64,000 nucleotides of DNA from Marispirochaeta sp. (GTDB taxonomy: Bacteria; Spirochaetota; Spirochaetia; JC444; Marispirochaetaceae), in contig CAXXFF010000003.1 of NCBI GenBank assembly GCA_963676835.2, positions 512,001-576,000 on the forward strand, in the 5' to 3' direction. Positions within the stretch are counted from its first letter, which is position 1. The number at the start of each line of letters is the position of its first letter. Shown here in pieces: positions 9,750 through 19,418 of the stretch. The notes under the pieces were generated by a model. It was not told where the DNA came from, searched no databases, and saw only the letters and a list, made by a program, of their open reading frames with translations. A program made the translations under genes and the position numbers.

Positions 9750-10490
9750 TCAATCTACAGCATAGAGTTTCCTCCTTACCGAGTCCCCGGTTATTACAAT
9801 TCTATGAGAATGAAAGGCAAGACGGTCCATTATGGCATCGGCAATCGTGGGGTCACCGATAATGCTGTGCCAGTTTTCTACCGGCTGTTGGGCGATCACT
9901 ATCGTAGATTTTCTCCGGTGTCGATCTTCAAGGATTTCAAGAAATGCCATCCGTGCAGTATGCTCCAGCGGTTCCAGACCGAAGTCATCGATAATGACCA
10001 GCTTGTTTTTCATTATGCGTGACAAGTGCTTCAGGTAGGTTCCATCATCCCTTGCCGCCGCTATTTCATTGAATAAACGCGTTGTGGAAAAGTAAGCGAC
10101 GGTATACCCATACTGACATGCCTGATGTCCGAAAGCCGATCCAAGAAAACTTTTTCCTCCTCCGGTCGGACCCGTGATGAGCAGGTCCTGCCCCCGGGAT
10201 ATCCAGGAGCAGGCTGCAAGTCTTAAGATCTGGTTTTTGTCCAGATTCCGGTCGAAGGTATAGTCGATATCTTCAATCGCTGCCTTATAGCGGAAACGGG
10301 CCGCATTGGCAAGGCGCGCCAGTCGGCGATTGTGTTTCTCATCCCATTCTGAGTCGACAAGGTAGCTGATAACCTCATCGGTTGTAAGATCCATATGGCG
10401 TCCGGTCTCCTGCAGTGTACGGAAGGCCTGTACCATTCCGTGGAGACGCATCTCGGTCATCTTGTTGATTGTCGCCTGATTATTATTCAT
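9750..10490 (-). CDS. istB: IS21 helper ATPase IstB
   Basis: Walker A 'GPTGGGKS', 'IIDDFG', 'ADAIMDRL', 'GDSVRR'. Confidence 0.95.
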   Translation of the reverse strand: MNNNQATINKMTEMRLHGMVQAFRTLQETGRHMDLTTDEVISYLVDSEWDEKHNRRLARLANAARFRYKAAIEDIDYTFDRNLDKNQILRLAACSWISRGQDLLITGPTGGGKSFLGSAFGHQACQYGYTVAYFSTTRLFNEIAAARDDGTYLKHLSRIMKNKLVIIDDFGLEPLEHTARMAFLEILEDRHRRKSTIVIAQQPVENWHSIIGDPTIADAIMDRLAFHSHRIVITGDSVRRKLYAVD

Positions 10491-10498
10491 CGGTTACC

Positions 10499-12045
10499 TC
10501 ATTTGTAGATTGCAGAATCCCGCAGGTTCTTGTGATCGGCGAAGAGAAACACCTGTTTGTTCTGCTGTTCATCCTTTTCTTGTCGCATGATTTCATCCAG
10601 ATATGCACGAACATCCCGATAACTGATTCTCGAGTAGTTCAACGCACGTCGGCAGGCCCAGTTCAGCCGGTGTGATCCGGCATCCTTTGCCAGGTTCAGC
10701 ACACCAAGGCAGGATTTGTACGCCTGCTGCTCATGTGGCTTGCTGTTTAATAGATGTGAAATCACCAGGAACGTCTCTTCTCCAATCGACTGAGCCCAGG
10801 TGGTAAACTTCTCCGCCGACCATGATTCAACAAACTGATGGTGCCTGGGCATGTGTGCGGACTGTGTGGAGTATTGTCCTTTCTTTCTGCTCCGGCGGTG
10901 CTGGGCTACGCGTACATTCTTGTGATATACCGCTATAATTCGCTCATCAAAGATCACTTTGACCTGTTCTCCCTTCAGCTGCCAGGGAACAGAGTAGTAG
11001 TGCTTATCTTTTGACAGGATAAAGTGATAGTCCGGTGCAACCTTGTGAGTTTCGAAGTATTTCATTGGATACGGTTCGCCCGGCAGCGTCTTCAGCGCAG
11101 ACCGTTCGATCTCTTCAAACAACTGACGCCGTGAGATTTGCAGCTTTGTCAGTTTCCGGGTATTGTGTTCTTCAAGAAGTTCTGCGATGGCCTGGTTGAG
11201 CTCAGCCAACGAATGGAACCTCTTGCCGTACAGCGGGGCGAATATCCGCTGATAGGTTAACTTGACGGCATTCTCCGCCAGGGATTTGTCTTTCGGTTTA
11301 TAGGCCCTGGCGGGGATTATCGTCGTCCGGTAGTAATCGGCAAAATCATCGAACAACGGATTAAGCTCCGGCTCATATTTACTCGCACTGAGCACGGCCG
11401 CCTTCAGGTTATCCGGGACGAGAGCTCGCGGAACCCCGCCGAAGTACCTCAGAGCCCGTTCTGTGGAGCGGACAAAGGCCTCTTGTTTCTGGCTCTCACT
11501 TGCTTCAACATAGGCCAGCTGACTTGCTCCGAGTACCGCAACGAATATTTGTGCCCGCTGCTCATCTCCATCAGGATAGTAAGGGAACGTTTCTCCGGCA
11601 TAGTCGAGATATGCCATATCTCCAGGCTCGTGGGGCTGACGCATCGTCACCTCACCGGAGTCCAGAAACACCGTAAAGTGGTGACAGAACTGACTGTATC
11701 TATATCCGTTTGGATACTTTCTACGGTATTCCTTCCATAGGAACTGCTTCGTCATCCCCCGCTGTTTCAGCCGTTTGGCGTACTCGGGGAACAGTGTCGT
11801 TAGTTGTGTATACTGCTCACTTTCTTCCTGCTTTTCTCTTCGAACAGGCCAAGCAGCTGCTCATCGGTAAGCTTTTGGCTTGCTGCATAGCTGATCCCGG
11901 TGCGGCGGAATCGCACCAGATATTCGCTGACTGTGGTTTTAGATACTCCGGTCAGTTGGGATACATCCCGAAGTCCCAGCTTGCTCTCGTACGTGAGCGC
12001 AAGCAGTTTACGCATGTGTTTCACATGAATCCTCGCTCTCGACAT
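10499..12045 (-). pseudogene. istA: IS21 transposase IstA split by a 1-nt frameshift
   Basis: HTH ORF (MSRARIHV...) stops at 11800; the shifted frame continues KQEESEQYTQL...GMTKQFLWKEY with DDE motifs 'DYAG', 'VPDNLK', 'KDKSLAE'; break near the T4 run at 11832-11835. Confidence 0.85.
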
Positions 12046-12149
12046 TCTGTACTCCGTCAAATAGTAGTTTTGCTATTGTGACGAGAGTGCTCGTGTTAAT
12101 CGAGGATTTCTTATTTCAGGTTAAAGCAATTCCGGCGCTCCGGAAAAAC

Positions 12150-12243
12150 TGTCCGTTTTCGGCCGGAACAGGTGTCCGTTTTTGCCCGGAATCACTGTCC
12201 GCTTTCCTCCGGAATGGGTGTCCGTTTTCGGCCGGTGTACACA
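12150..12243. repeat. four 23-bp subterminal transposase-binding repeats of IS21
   Basis: TGTCCG cores at 12150, 12173, 12196, 12219. Confidence 0.85.
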
Positions 12244-12310
12244 TTTTTCCCTAACACAAGTAATTCTTCTCACTACATACACAGAACAGAAGGATACACA
12301 GGAGATTTTT

Positions 12311-13153
12311 ATGAATATGAATGCATTGATTAAAATTGCAGAAAAGCCCGAGCTATATGCGAAAGGCACTGATTTCATGTGGACCGACAGCCATATTTCT
12401 AAACAGCTGCTTCAGGTCCATCTGAACGAAGATATTGATCTTGCAAGCAGAAAAAAGAGCTCAATTCTGCAGACTACCGCGTGGCTCTTGTCTCAAACCG
12501 GAAAAGAACAACTTAATATTCTTGACCTCGGCTGCGGCCCCGGACTCTACACTACTCTATTTGCCGAACAAAATCACAATGTAACAGGGATTGATATCTC
12601 GGAAGAGTCGATACGCCATGCACGTACAAGTGCGGAGGAAAAGAATCTATCCATCGATTATTTAAACGGGAGCTATCTGGAGATCGATTTTGGACAAAGC
12701 AAATACGATCTGATTGTTATGATTTATACCGACTTCGGCGTACTCTCACCTGCTGACCGTAACCTGTTGTTACAGAAAGTTAGAGGTGCATTAAAAACAG
12801 ATGGTCTATTTATTTTCGATGTTTTAAATGATTCCTGTTTTGCTGAGTGCAAAGCAGAACAGGGCTGGGAATGTGAAAATTCCGGTTTCTGGAGTCATAA
12901 CCCATATCTTCATTTATCTCAGTCGTTTATCTATAAAGATAAAAAAATAATCCTCTACCGCCATCTATTAGCAGATGAATCTGATACTTTCAGAACCTTT
13001 CACTTCTGGACACATTTTTTTACAGAAAACGATCTTACTGCACTTCTACCCGAGCAAGGCTTAAAAGCAATAAGTTTTCATCGTAATGTTCTACCAGAGG
13101 ATGATCAGTGGACCGGTGAAAATGTAACCTTTACCGTCTGCAAACGGGCCTGA
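12311..13153 (+). CDS. class I SAM-dependent methyltransferase
   Basis: 'ILDLGCGPGLY', 'VTGIDIS', 'FIFDV'; GGAG RBS at 12301, ATG at 12311. Confidence 0.9.
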   Translation: MNMNALIKIAEKPELYAKGTDFMWTDSHISKQLLQVHLNEDIDLASRKKSSILQTTAWLLSQTGKEQLNILDLGCGPGLYTTLFAEQNHNVTGIDISEESIRHARTSAEEKNLSIDYLNGSYLEIDFGQSKYDLIVMIYTDFGVLSPADRNLLLQKVRGALKTDGLFIFDVLNDSCFAECKAEQGWECENSGFWSHNPYLHLSQSFIYKDKKIILYRHLLADESDTFRTFHFWTHFFTENDLTALLPEQGLKAISFHRNVLPEDDQWTGENVTFTVCKRA

Positions 13154-13158
13154 ACAAT

Positions 13159-13194
13159 GCTGTGGGCTGTTGTTCAAACAGTCCACAGCTTTTT
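13159..13194 (+). terminator. Rho-independent terminator
   Basis: GCTGTGGGCTGTT-GTTCA-AACAGTCCACAGC-TTTTT directly after the stop codon. Confidence 0.75.
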
Positions 13195-13640
13195 CGCTTC
13201 CAGTGGCGCATCATAAAAGGCCTTTATTTATATTTGAACAAAACTTATAGAATCCCGTATAAACAGTAACACAGAACATCCTCATGATATGCATTTAATG
13301 ACAGTATAATTAAAAACATATACTTACTTTTGGAAAAATTTTTTATATCTTATCCAGCTCACTTAAGGAGAACTTCCTGCTGTACTATGATCTTTACGGC
13401 AGGAGAGTGAATGAATGGGCAGTTCATGTTCATCTGAAAGCGGATAAACTAGCAGAATTTGTCTTTTGGTACCATTTGAATACCTCAGCCCCTGAGGATT
13501 CTAATTCACGGAAGAAACTCCTTAAGATCCCCCTGGAATACAGGAATCTGCTTTAATGTCAGGTTTTTCAGATCCTGGCTTTCTTACTAATTAGCTTAAA
13601 AATAGACTGGAGCTGCCTTGGTCCTGTATGTATAATTACA

Positions 13641-13789
13641 GGACACCTCTGAAAACGTGGTATTTTAGCCAAACCTGAGGAGAATAGATTTTGTAGTGCC
13701 TGCAAACTCTTGTTTTAACAAAAGTTAAGTATCGCGGGAAATCTTGACGACACAGGATATGGTGAAAAGAGTAGTTTGTAGAACTGTCC
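13641..13789. mobile_element. MITE-like non-autonomous element (149 bp)
   Basis: Imperfect terminal IRs GGACACCTCTGAAAAC / GTTTGTAGAACTGTCC (12/16 match), flanked by 4-bp TACA direct repeats (13637-13640, 13790-13793); no ORF. Confidence 0.6.
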
Positions 13790-13841
13790 TACAGTCAAGG
13801 ATGTAAAGAACAAGCTGAAATTTATTCTGTTGGAGAAAAAA

Positions 13842-15443
13842 ATGGGTGATAACAAAGTTCTTTTTTCAGAGATTAACGGACGTCTGCTTTACCGGGGCAA
13901 GCCTGTAAAAAATCAGGAAATTACCCGCAGGTACACATGGCTCGGCGTTGATGAAGGCAGCGATACAACCAGAACAGACAGCAGGGGTTACTACAGCTTT
14001 CCCGCAATAACAAGCACGAAGTCACAGCCGGAAGGTGTAGAGGATCTGTTTATAATGCAGAGCATCACAACAGATTATAAGGATCAATCCTACACCCTTT
14101 GGAAAACTACAAAGTACGATTTTATCAACCGGGGTGAACTGGGAGGACATCCGATAAAAATGGTAAACGAGCTTAAAGATGAGAGCCGCACCTATATGCT
14201 TCCGACATTCGGCGAATATCTCACAAACCTTGATGGAGTACTTGAACTAGATCATCCCTATGTGAAGGAAACTGAGCAGGGCCGAAAACTTGTTGAAAAG
14301 AGCCAGAGAAAAGTCATTCAGCAGCTGCTTAACAGACTGAACTCATCTGAAATGCTGACGCAGCTTAACAGCGTGTTTGTAAACCCTGTACTTCAGCCCA
14401 GCGGGATTGAATCGATAACTGAACTTACCGGGGTGGAGATTTCAGATTACAGCCCATGCTCAGACATGAAGCGTACCAATGTCTCGCTTGAAAAAAACGG
14501 CTACATCGGCTTTACAGTATCCTGCAGGGCTATGGTTAAACTGAGCTCAGGGAAAGTATATTACACGGATCTCTACTGGCCTAAAGCAGCTGTCAGCCTG
14601 GATTCGGATACCGAAGTCCAGCTTGGCGGAGATTACACAAAGCTGTCGATTGACAACAGGGAGCTTCTCAGAGAAGGCCTGACAGGCTTTCTTAAAACCG
14701 AAGCTGTATCCGCCATTATTGAAACCTCAATAAAGACTTCCCCCGATGACGCAACAGCCTACATTCTTGATGACAAACTGAGAATGGCGGACTATGTCTA
14801 TGACCATAAAGAACTGCCCACCGACTATAGACCTGATTACCTGATAGAAAGCCTGATCGTTACAGACCTCAGCCCTTCTTACGTCAACACAGAAGAAGAC
14901 TACGCCGCAGTCAATGCCTCCGGGAATCTGACAGTTGCCGGACACCCGAATACTTACTCCTTCTCTACCCAGCGCTGTCTTTCTCTAAAAGCGTTGGGAT
15001 CTGAACATTATGTACCAGTGCAAAATGAGAACTGCAGCATGGAGTTCAACATTCCTGTGTTCTCCTACGATATAAAAATGACAAAGCAGGAATTCACTCG
15101 TAATGAACCTTTAATAATGAGTTTTACCGTTACAAACCTGCTTCCGAAGGAAAATATTTTTCTGAAGTGGCATACGCCCTTTGAAGGTTTTAAGAATAAC
15201 TTCCTTGAAGTAGTTCACATGGAATCCGGAGAGGAGATTCAGTATGAGGGGATACTGAAATCAAGGACCGCTCCAAGCAGAGAAAACGGCTCCTATATTG
15301 AGGTTCCCGCCGGCGCGTCAAAAAATATCGAAATTGATCTACTTGAGGCATATGCCTGCAGTAAAAAAGGGCTCTATAAAGTCGTTTTTAACGGGTACAA
15401 CACAGATGGGGAAAAGGCATTCGCAGAGTTTAATCTAAAATAG
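13842..15443 (+). CDS. hypothetical multidomain protein (N-terminal DUF6795-like domain, C-terminal protease-prodomain-like domain)
   Basis: 'FSEINGRLLYRGKPV...TRTDSRGYYSFP' at the N-terminus; 'FTVTN...FLKWHTPFEG...QYEG...YKVVF' at the C-terminus; GGAG RBS. Confidence 0.75.
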   Translation: MGDNKVLFSEINGRLLYRGKPVKNQEITRRYTWLGVDEGSDTTRTDSRGYYSFPAITSTKSQPEGVEDLFIMQSITTDYKDQSYTLWKTTKYDFINRGELGGHPIKMVNELKDESRTYMLPTFGEYLTNLDGVLELDHPYVKETEQGRKLVEKSQRKVIQQLLNRLNSSEMLTQLNSVFVNPVLQPSGIESITELTGVEISDYSPCSDMKRTNVSLEKNGYIGFTVSCRAMVKLSSGKVYYTDLYWPKAAVSLDSDTEVQLGGDYTKLSIDNRELLREGLTGFLKTEAVSAIIETSIKTSPDDATAYILDDKLRMADYVYDHKELPTDYRPDYLIESLIVTDLSPSYVNTEEDYAAVNASGNLTVAGHPNTYSFSTQRCLSLKALGSEHYVPVQNENCSMEFNIPVFSYDIKMTKQEFTRNEPLIMSFTVTNLLPKENIFLKWHTPFEGFKNNFLEVVHMESGEEIQYEGILKSRTAPSRENGSYIEVPAGASKNIEIDLLEAYACSKKGLYKVVFNGYNTDGEKAFAEFNLK

Positions 15444-15526
15444 AATTTAGCTGTAAAAATGCGGAGTACCTGGCTGAAAAATATTTTAGTACCCATATCA
15501 ATCTCCCATATTGTATATTATAAACT

Positions 15527-16006
15527 ATGAATAATATTGTTTTAATAATTCTGGTTCCAGTACTTATAATTGCTGCTGTTGGTTCCATTTGGCTTTTCAA
15601 GAACCAATCCTCAAAAATTGATGATAAGTCCAGCTCTGACTTCACTTCAAATCTTAGCCAGGGGTCAACCCCAAGATCATTTGACTTCAAAGCTGCCAGG
15701 ACAATTGAAGTTATCCGTTACAACGATGCAAAACCGGCAGCACCTTCAAAGAAGAAAATTATTTCAGATAGTACAGAAATTGATAAAATTATCTCTCTTC
15801 TTGACTCTCTTCCACGTGAAGGTGATGTATACATGGATATGCTTGCAGGAATAAGGCACGAGGTCACAGCCTGCAACGAATCAGAAACACCCTTTGCGCA
15901 CTTTACGTTTTATGGTGAAAAACTGCAGGCCGAAAACACTGCATTTTTCGAAGAGGATTATGAAAATGAGGCAGCTTTATATAAAATAATTTTTATAGAA
16001 GATTAG
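15527..16006 (+). CDS. hypothetical protein with N-terminal membrane anchor
   Basis: Hydrophobic residues 4-23 followed by a soluble domain. Confidence 0.7.
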   Translation: MNNIVLIILVPVLIIAAVGSIWLFKNQSSKIDDKSSSDFTSNLSQGSTPRSFDFKAARTIEVIRYNDAKPAAPSKKKIISDSTEIDKIISLLDSLPREGDVYMDMLAGIRHEVTACNESETPFAHFTFYGEKLQAENTAFFEEDYENEAALYKIIFIED

Positions 16007-16412
16007 TAGGATTGAATTTTGGAGAAATATCCAACCTGCTGCATTTAATAAGCAGCTTAGCATCCCGGTCAAAGAGACCTTTGACAAAAGCATCAAGAAT
16101 GATTTTATCTTCTTCAACTGTGAGCTGACCGTAAAGGTCGAGGTGCTCATCTGCAAATAGTGAAATATTATAATTATTCATAACATCGTTATCTATGGAA
16201 ATGGTTGCGGGCAATTCTGGTATTGGATAATTATGAAAGTAAAACCTTAGAGGGTAACATAAGAATGACCATTTTGAGCTTTCTGGCAGTTCATCAATTT
16301 CATTTCCATCACAACGAATATCGATAGATAAAATGCCGTCGTTAACGTTGATCTTTTTTTTGAGAATGTGAAAATTGTCACCGTCAAGTTCAAACACATC
16401 AGACATAAGCAC
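15993..16412 (-). CDS. hypothetical acidic protein
   Basis: 139-aa ORF in AT-rich DNA; start may be ATG 16406. Confidence 0.6.
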   Translation of the reverse strand: MLMSDVFELDGDNFHILKKKINVNDGILSIDIRCDGNEIDELPESSKWSFLCYPLRFYFHNYPIPELPATISIDNDVMNNYNISLFADEHLDLYGQLTVEEDKIILDAFVKGLFDRDAKLLIKCSRLDISPKFNPTNLL

Positions 16413-16485
16413 AGTTTAACATTTTATAGAAAACTTAGAAACTACAAAAAAGAACTGTAAAGTGTTATTATGAAGAAGGTCGAAT

Positions 16486-16551
16486 ATGAGCGATTTATAC
16501 AAAATATGAGCAAAATACGACAGTGATACGATTGTTGTTTATCAGGCTGAG
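16486..16551 (+). pseudogene. 5' remnant of a DUF4291-like gene, in frame with the next ORF
   Basis: MSDLYKI*AKYDSDTIVVYQA resembles the DUF4291 N-terminal motif 'IRAxYDxxTIxVYQA'; TGA at 16507-16509; AAGAAGG RBS upstream. Confidence 0.55.
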
Positions 16552-18024
16552 ATGAAAGAAGACAGAAGAAAGGTTAAAATTCTTAAAGAAATTCAACAGG
16601 CAAGTGAGAAGCAGGATTTTAGCAGACTCCATGAGATAGCTGCAGACCAAAGTTCTTCCACTACCGATGAAGATATTCGGGCTGCTCTTACAGATGCATA
16701 TGTGTATCATTTCGGTGAACTGTCGATGGACTACGCCGGTGCAAAATACTATTCTAATGACCGCCTTGGTCATCTCGATGAAATTCTGGACCTGCTCGCC
16801 CGGCTGGTTCTGTTTTCAACAGATTCATTTTATGCAATTACTTACTCGCGCTTCCTCAGGGAGAAAGCCGAACTCCTGGCAGATGTGTCCAGTCGGAAGG
16901 TATTGCTTCAGAGCGCTATAGACTTGCTGTCCGGGAGAATGGAAACAGAGCCTGATAATATCGGATACTCAGCCGAACTGGCAGAAGCTCTGGTTGATTC
17001 TGCAGCCCTGGACAGTGAGCCGGAAACTGAGACAGACCGGACAGCGAGGCTGCTTGAGGATATGACAGCAAGCCTGGAAATTACGAATCTCGAAACAGTT
17101 GGAAGAGCAGTGGTGTATATTCGCCAGATACCGAAGTTTGCCGGTATCCCCCGGTTAAAACGTGCAATCAACGCATTCGATCAATGGGTATTCGCAAATT
17201 TGACTACATGGCCGGAAATCCCGCGAATATGGTGCTCCCTCCATATACATGCACTCCAAAGCGCCTTTAACGATACGCTTTTCAACCACTGGTACCAGGT
17301 TGCGCAGCAGCTGCCGGAGCTTATTCCGCCAGGCGCTTCGGGACTTTCGAAACTTTCGCATGATATCTTCAGCCTGGGGACAGCACTGCTCGAAAAGGAA
17401 AACGGGGAAGCCGGGGAGAAATGTCTGAGTCTCTGTCTCAAGCTGGAAGCGCTGCTTTATTCGAGCGATGGCGCCGGAAACGCCATGGTCTGGCGGAGCC
17501 TGCACTTCTCCGTTTTTCTTATCCGGTGGTATATAAATCAAAACCGGATTGAAGATGCTGTGACGCTCCTTAACACCCAGTTGGATTTCGGCCGGGCCGC
17601 CATTGCCGTCCATGGAAGCGAACCCTCCCTGCATAGCCAAATGTCGAGTTTGCTGGAGCTCAGCTTAGATCTGGCTGTGCCAGTGGACCCAAATGATCGG
17701 GAAGTGATTTTCCACGAAATAATCGAACACTGCAGCGCAAGAACCGAAGGCCTGAAACAGCAGTTCGGTGATTCCATAGACGTTGGCGGCCGGAAGGTCT
17801 GGCAGTATCTGTATTATGTCTACGAGGAAGACTTTCTCAAAATCGCCCGCTATTCACAGCTCCTCGGCAGGCGGGAAGAGGCTATTACCGTCCTGAATGA
17901 TCTGTACTCCCTCATTCGCATGCAGGAGGAAGAACTGAACCTTCACTCTATTGATTGGAGTTTGATAGTCGAAAGTGATGATTTTGCAGCGATCCGCGTA
18001 GAGTTGAGCAACCTGGACGACTGA
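16552..18024 (+). CDS. hypothetical alpha-helical (TPR-like) protein
   Basis: 490-aa ORF with Leu/Ala-rich amphipathic helices. Confidence 0.75.
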   Translation: MKEDRRKVKILKEIQQASEKQDFSRLHEIAADQSSSTTDEDIRAALTDAYVYHFGELSMDYAGAKYYSNDRLGHLDEILDLLARLVLFSTDSFYAITYSRFLREKAELLADVSSRKVLLQSAIDLLSGRMETEPDNIGYSAELAEALVDSAALDSEPETETDRTARLLEDMTASLEITNLETVGRAVVYIRQIPKFAGIPRLKRAINAFDQWVFANLTTWPEIPRIWCSLHIHALQSAFNDTLFNHWYQVAQQLPELIPPGASGLSKLSHDIFSLGTALLEKENGEAGEKCLSLCLKLEALLYSSDGAGNAMVWRSLHFSVFLIRWYINQNRIEDAVTLLNTQLDFGRAAIAVHGSEPSLHSQMSSLLELSLDLAVPVDPNDREVIFHEIIEHCSARTEGLKQQFGDSIDVGGRKVWQYLYYVYEEDFLKIARYSQLLGRREEAITVLNDLYSLIRMQEEELNLHSIDWSLIVESDDFAAIRVELSNLDD

Positions 18025-18034
18025 AGGAGAGTTT

Positions 18035-18415
18035 ATGGGGATAGCTATCTGCGACTTACAAACAAACGAAGTTTGCTTTTCCATCAATTTCTGGCATTGG
18101 CGGGCGATCGTTGAGGAAGTGCGCAGGCTCAATCTGCTTCCTGAAGAAACCGTTGACGGCCTGCATGAACCCTGGTGCGGTAATGGTCTCAGCAAAGAGC
18201 AGTGCCGTCAGGTCGCAATGAACCTGAAAGAAAAGACAATCCCTACTCTCGAGGACGATCATAGAATACTTATTGACGGGCAAAGAACAACTCAACCCGA
18301 CGATGGAAAGCTCTACAAGGATGAAATCGGGAAGAATTACAGTACGGATAAGGAAGTTCTACTGGAATTTGCAGACGTAATCGAAACCTGTAATGGATTT
18401 GTGGTCATTCAATGA
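18035..18415 (+). CDS. hypothetical protein
   Basis: AAGGAG RBS, 126 aa, directly follows the previous gene. Confidence 0.75.
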   Translation: MGIAICDLQTNEVCFSINFWHWRAIVEEVRRLNLLPEETVDGLHEPWCGNGLSKEQCRQVAMNLKEKTIPTLEDDHRILIDGQRTTQPDDGKLYKDEIGKNYSTDKEVLLEFADVIETCNGFVVIQ

Positions 18416-18477
18416 ACACGTAATGGTAGATTTACATTTGTTATACTCCGTTTTTCCCCATATTCCCTTCTACCCTT

Positions 18478-19323
18478 CTACCCCTCAACCATAACCTTCC
18501 TGTACTCTTTAGGATTCCGGTTACAGATCTTCTTGAAGCTTTTATAGAAATTGCTCATACAGCAGAATCCTGCTTCCATGGCAATGTCTATCACCTTCAT
18601 ATCAGTGGTTAGAAGCAGCCGCTGGGCTTCATAAACCCTCAGCATGGTAATGTAATCCACAATGTTTATACCGCATTTCTGGCGGAACAGTTTAATGGCA
18701 TAATTGGGATGAATATCTGCCGCTGCGGCGATCTCCTCTATATATATCTTCCGGCGGAAGTTCAGGGTAATAAAATCATACATTGGTTTAAATGTGTTTT
18801 TATCCCGTGGAATTATAAAGGGAGAATCCTGTCCCCGTGATTTCTGCCCGGGCGACTGGGAGTCCATAAAACGCCGCAGCCTTGCCTCCACAGACAAAGC
18901 CATGGTTTTAATTTGATGCTCTTCTGTAGAGAGAGACTCTTTTTTCCATAGAGGAAAATGATGCAGATCGAGGGTTCGCAATTCCGGATTCCGCTCTATA
19001 AGCACCTGCCCATCCATTACCCGGCGTACAATTTCCGGGGGCAGATCCCAACGGAGAAAAAGTTTGGGTGGAATGGTCAGCCAGTACAGCAGGTTATCGG
19101 AAGATATATCAACCAGCTGATGGGGAACGGCTCCCCAGAAAAGTAAGGTATCTTCGGAGTGTACCTCAAACTGGTGTCCCCCTACCCGGTACTGGATCGG
19201 CTCTCCCCGATGAAAGAAGGCGAGCTCCACCTCGTCATGGCTGTGAAAGACATCCCAGGACCGTGCTTTTCCGATATCACAGCCAAATCCGAAACTTAAA
19301 TCCAATACACTATTTTGTACCAT
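18478..19323 (-). CDS. AraC family transcriptional regulator (MelR-like)
   Basis: Cupin 'HSHDEVEL...FWGAVPHQL'; HTH 'IAAAADIHPNYA...IAMEAGF...FYKSFKK'. Confidence 0.92.
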   Translation of the reverse strand: MVQNSVLDLSFGFGCDIGKARSWDVFHSHDEVELAFFHRGEPIQYRVGGHQFEVHSEDTLLFWGAVPHQLVDISSDNLLYWLTIPPKLFLRWDLPPEIVRRVMDGQVLIERNPELRTLDLHHFPLWKKESLSTEEHQIKTMALSVEARLRRFMDSQSPGQKSRGQDSPFIIPRDKNTFKPMYDFITLNFRRKIYIEEIAAAADIHPNYAIKLFRQKCGINIVDYITMLRVYEAQRLLLTTDMKVIDIAMEAGFCCMSNFYKSFKKICNRNPKEYRKVMVEG

Positions 19324-19418
19324 AAATATTAGAATAGTGCACAAATTCACCGTTGCCAAGGAGGTTTTTTTGTAATTATCCGCTTACCCTTGAATTATTC
19401 CAAAACGAAGGATCTGTA

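Larger units (their letters stand above)
9648..12243 (-). mobile_element. IS21 family insertion sequence (istA-istB)
   Basis: Ends TGTGTATTCCG... and ...CGGTGTACACA; subterminal 23-bp repeats containing CGGACA; flanking ATTTTT duplication (9643-9648 / 12243-12248, exact TSD length of 4-7 bp ambiguous). Confidence 0.93.

Noticed and set aside
12150..12243. Short regularly spaced repeats as a mini CRISPR array
   Set aside because: 23-bp period with no unique spacers, mirrored at the other IS end; these are IS21 subterminal repeats and there are no cas genes
12182..12310. N-terminal extension of the methyltransferase ORF
   Set aside because: It runs through the IS end; the RBS supports ATG 12311
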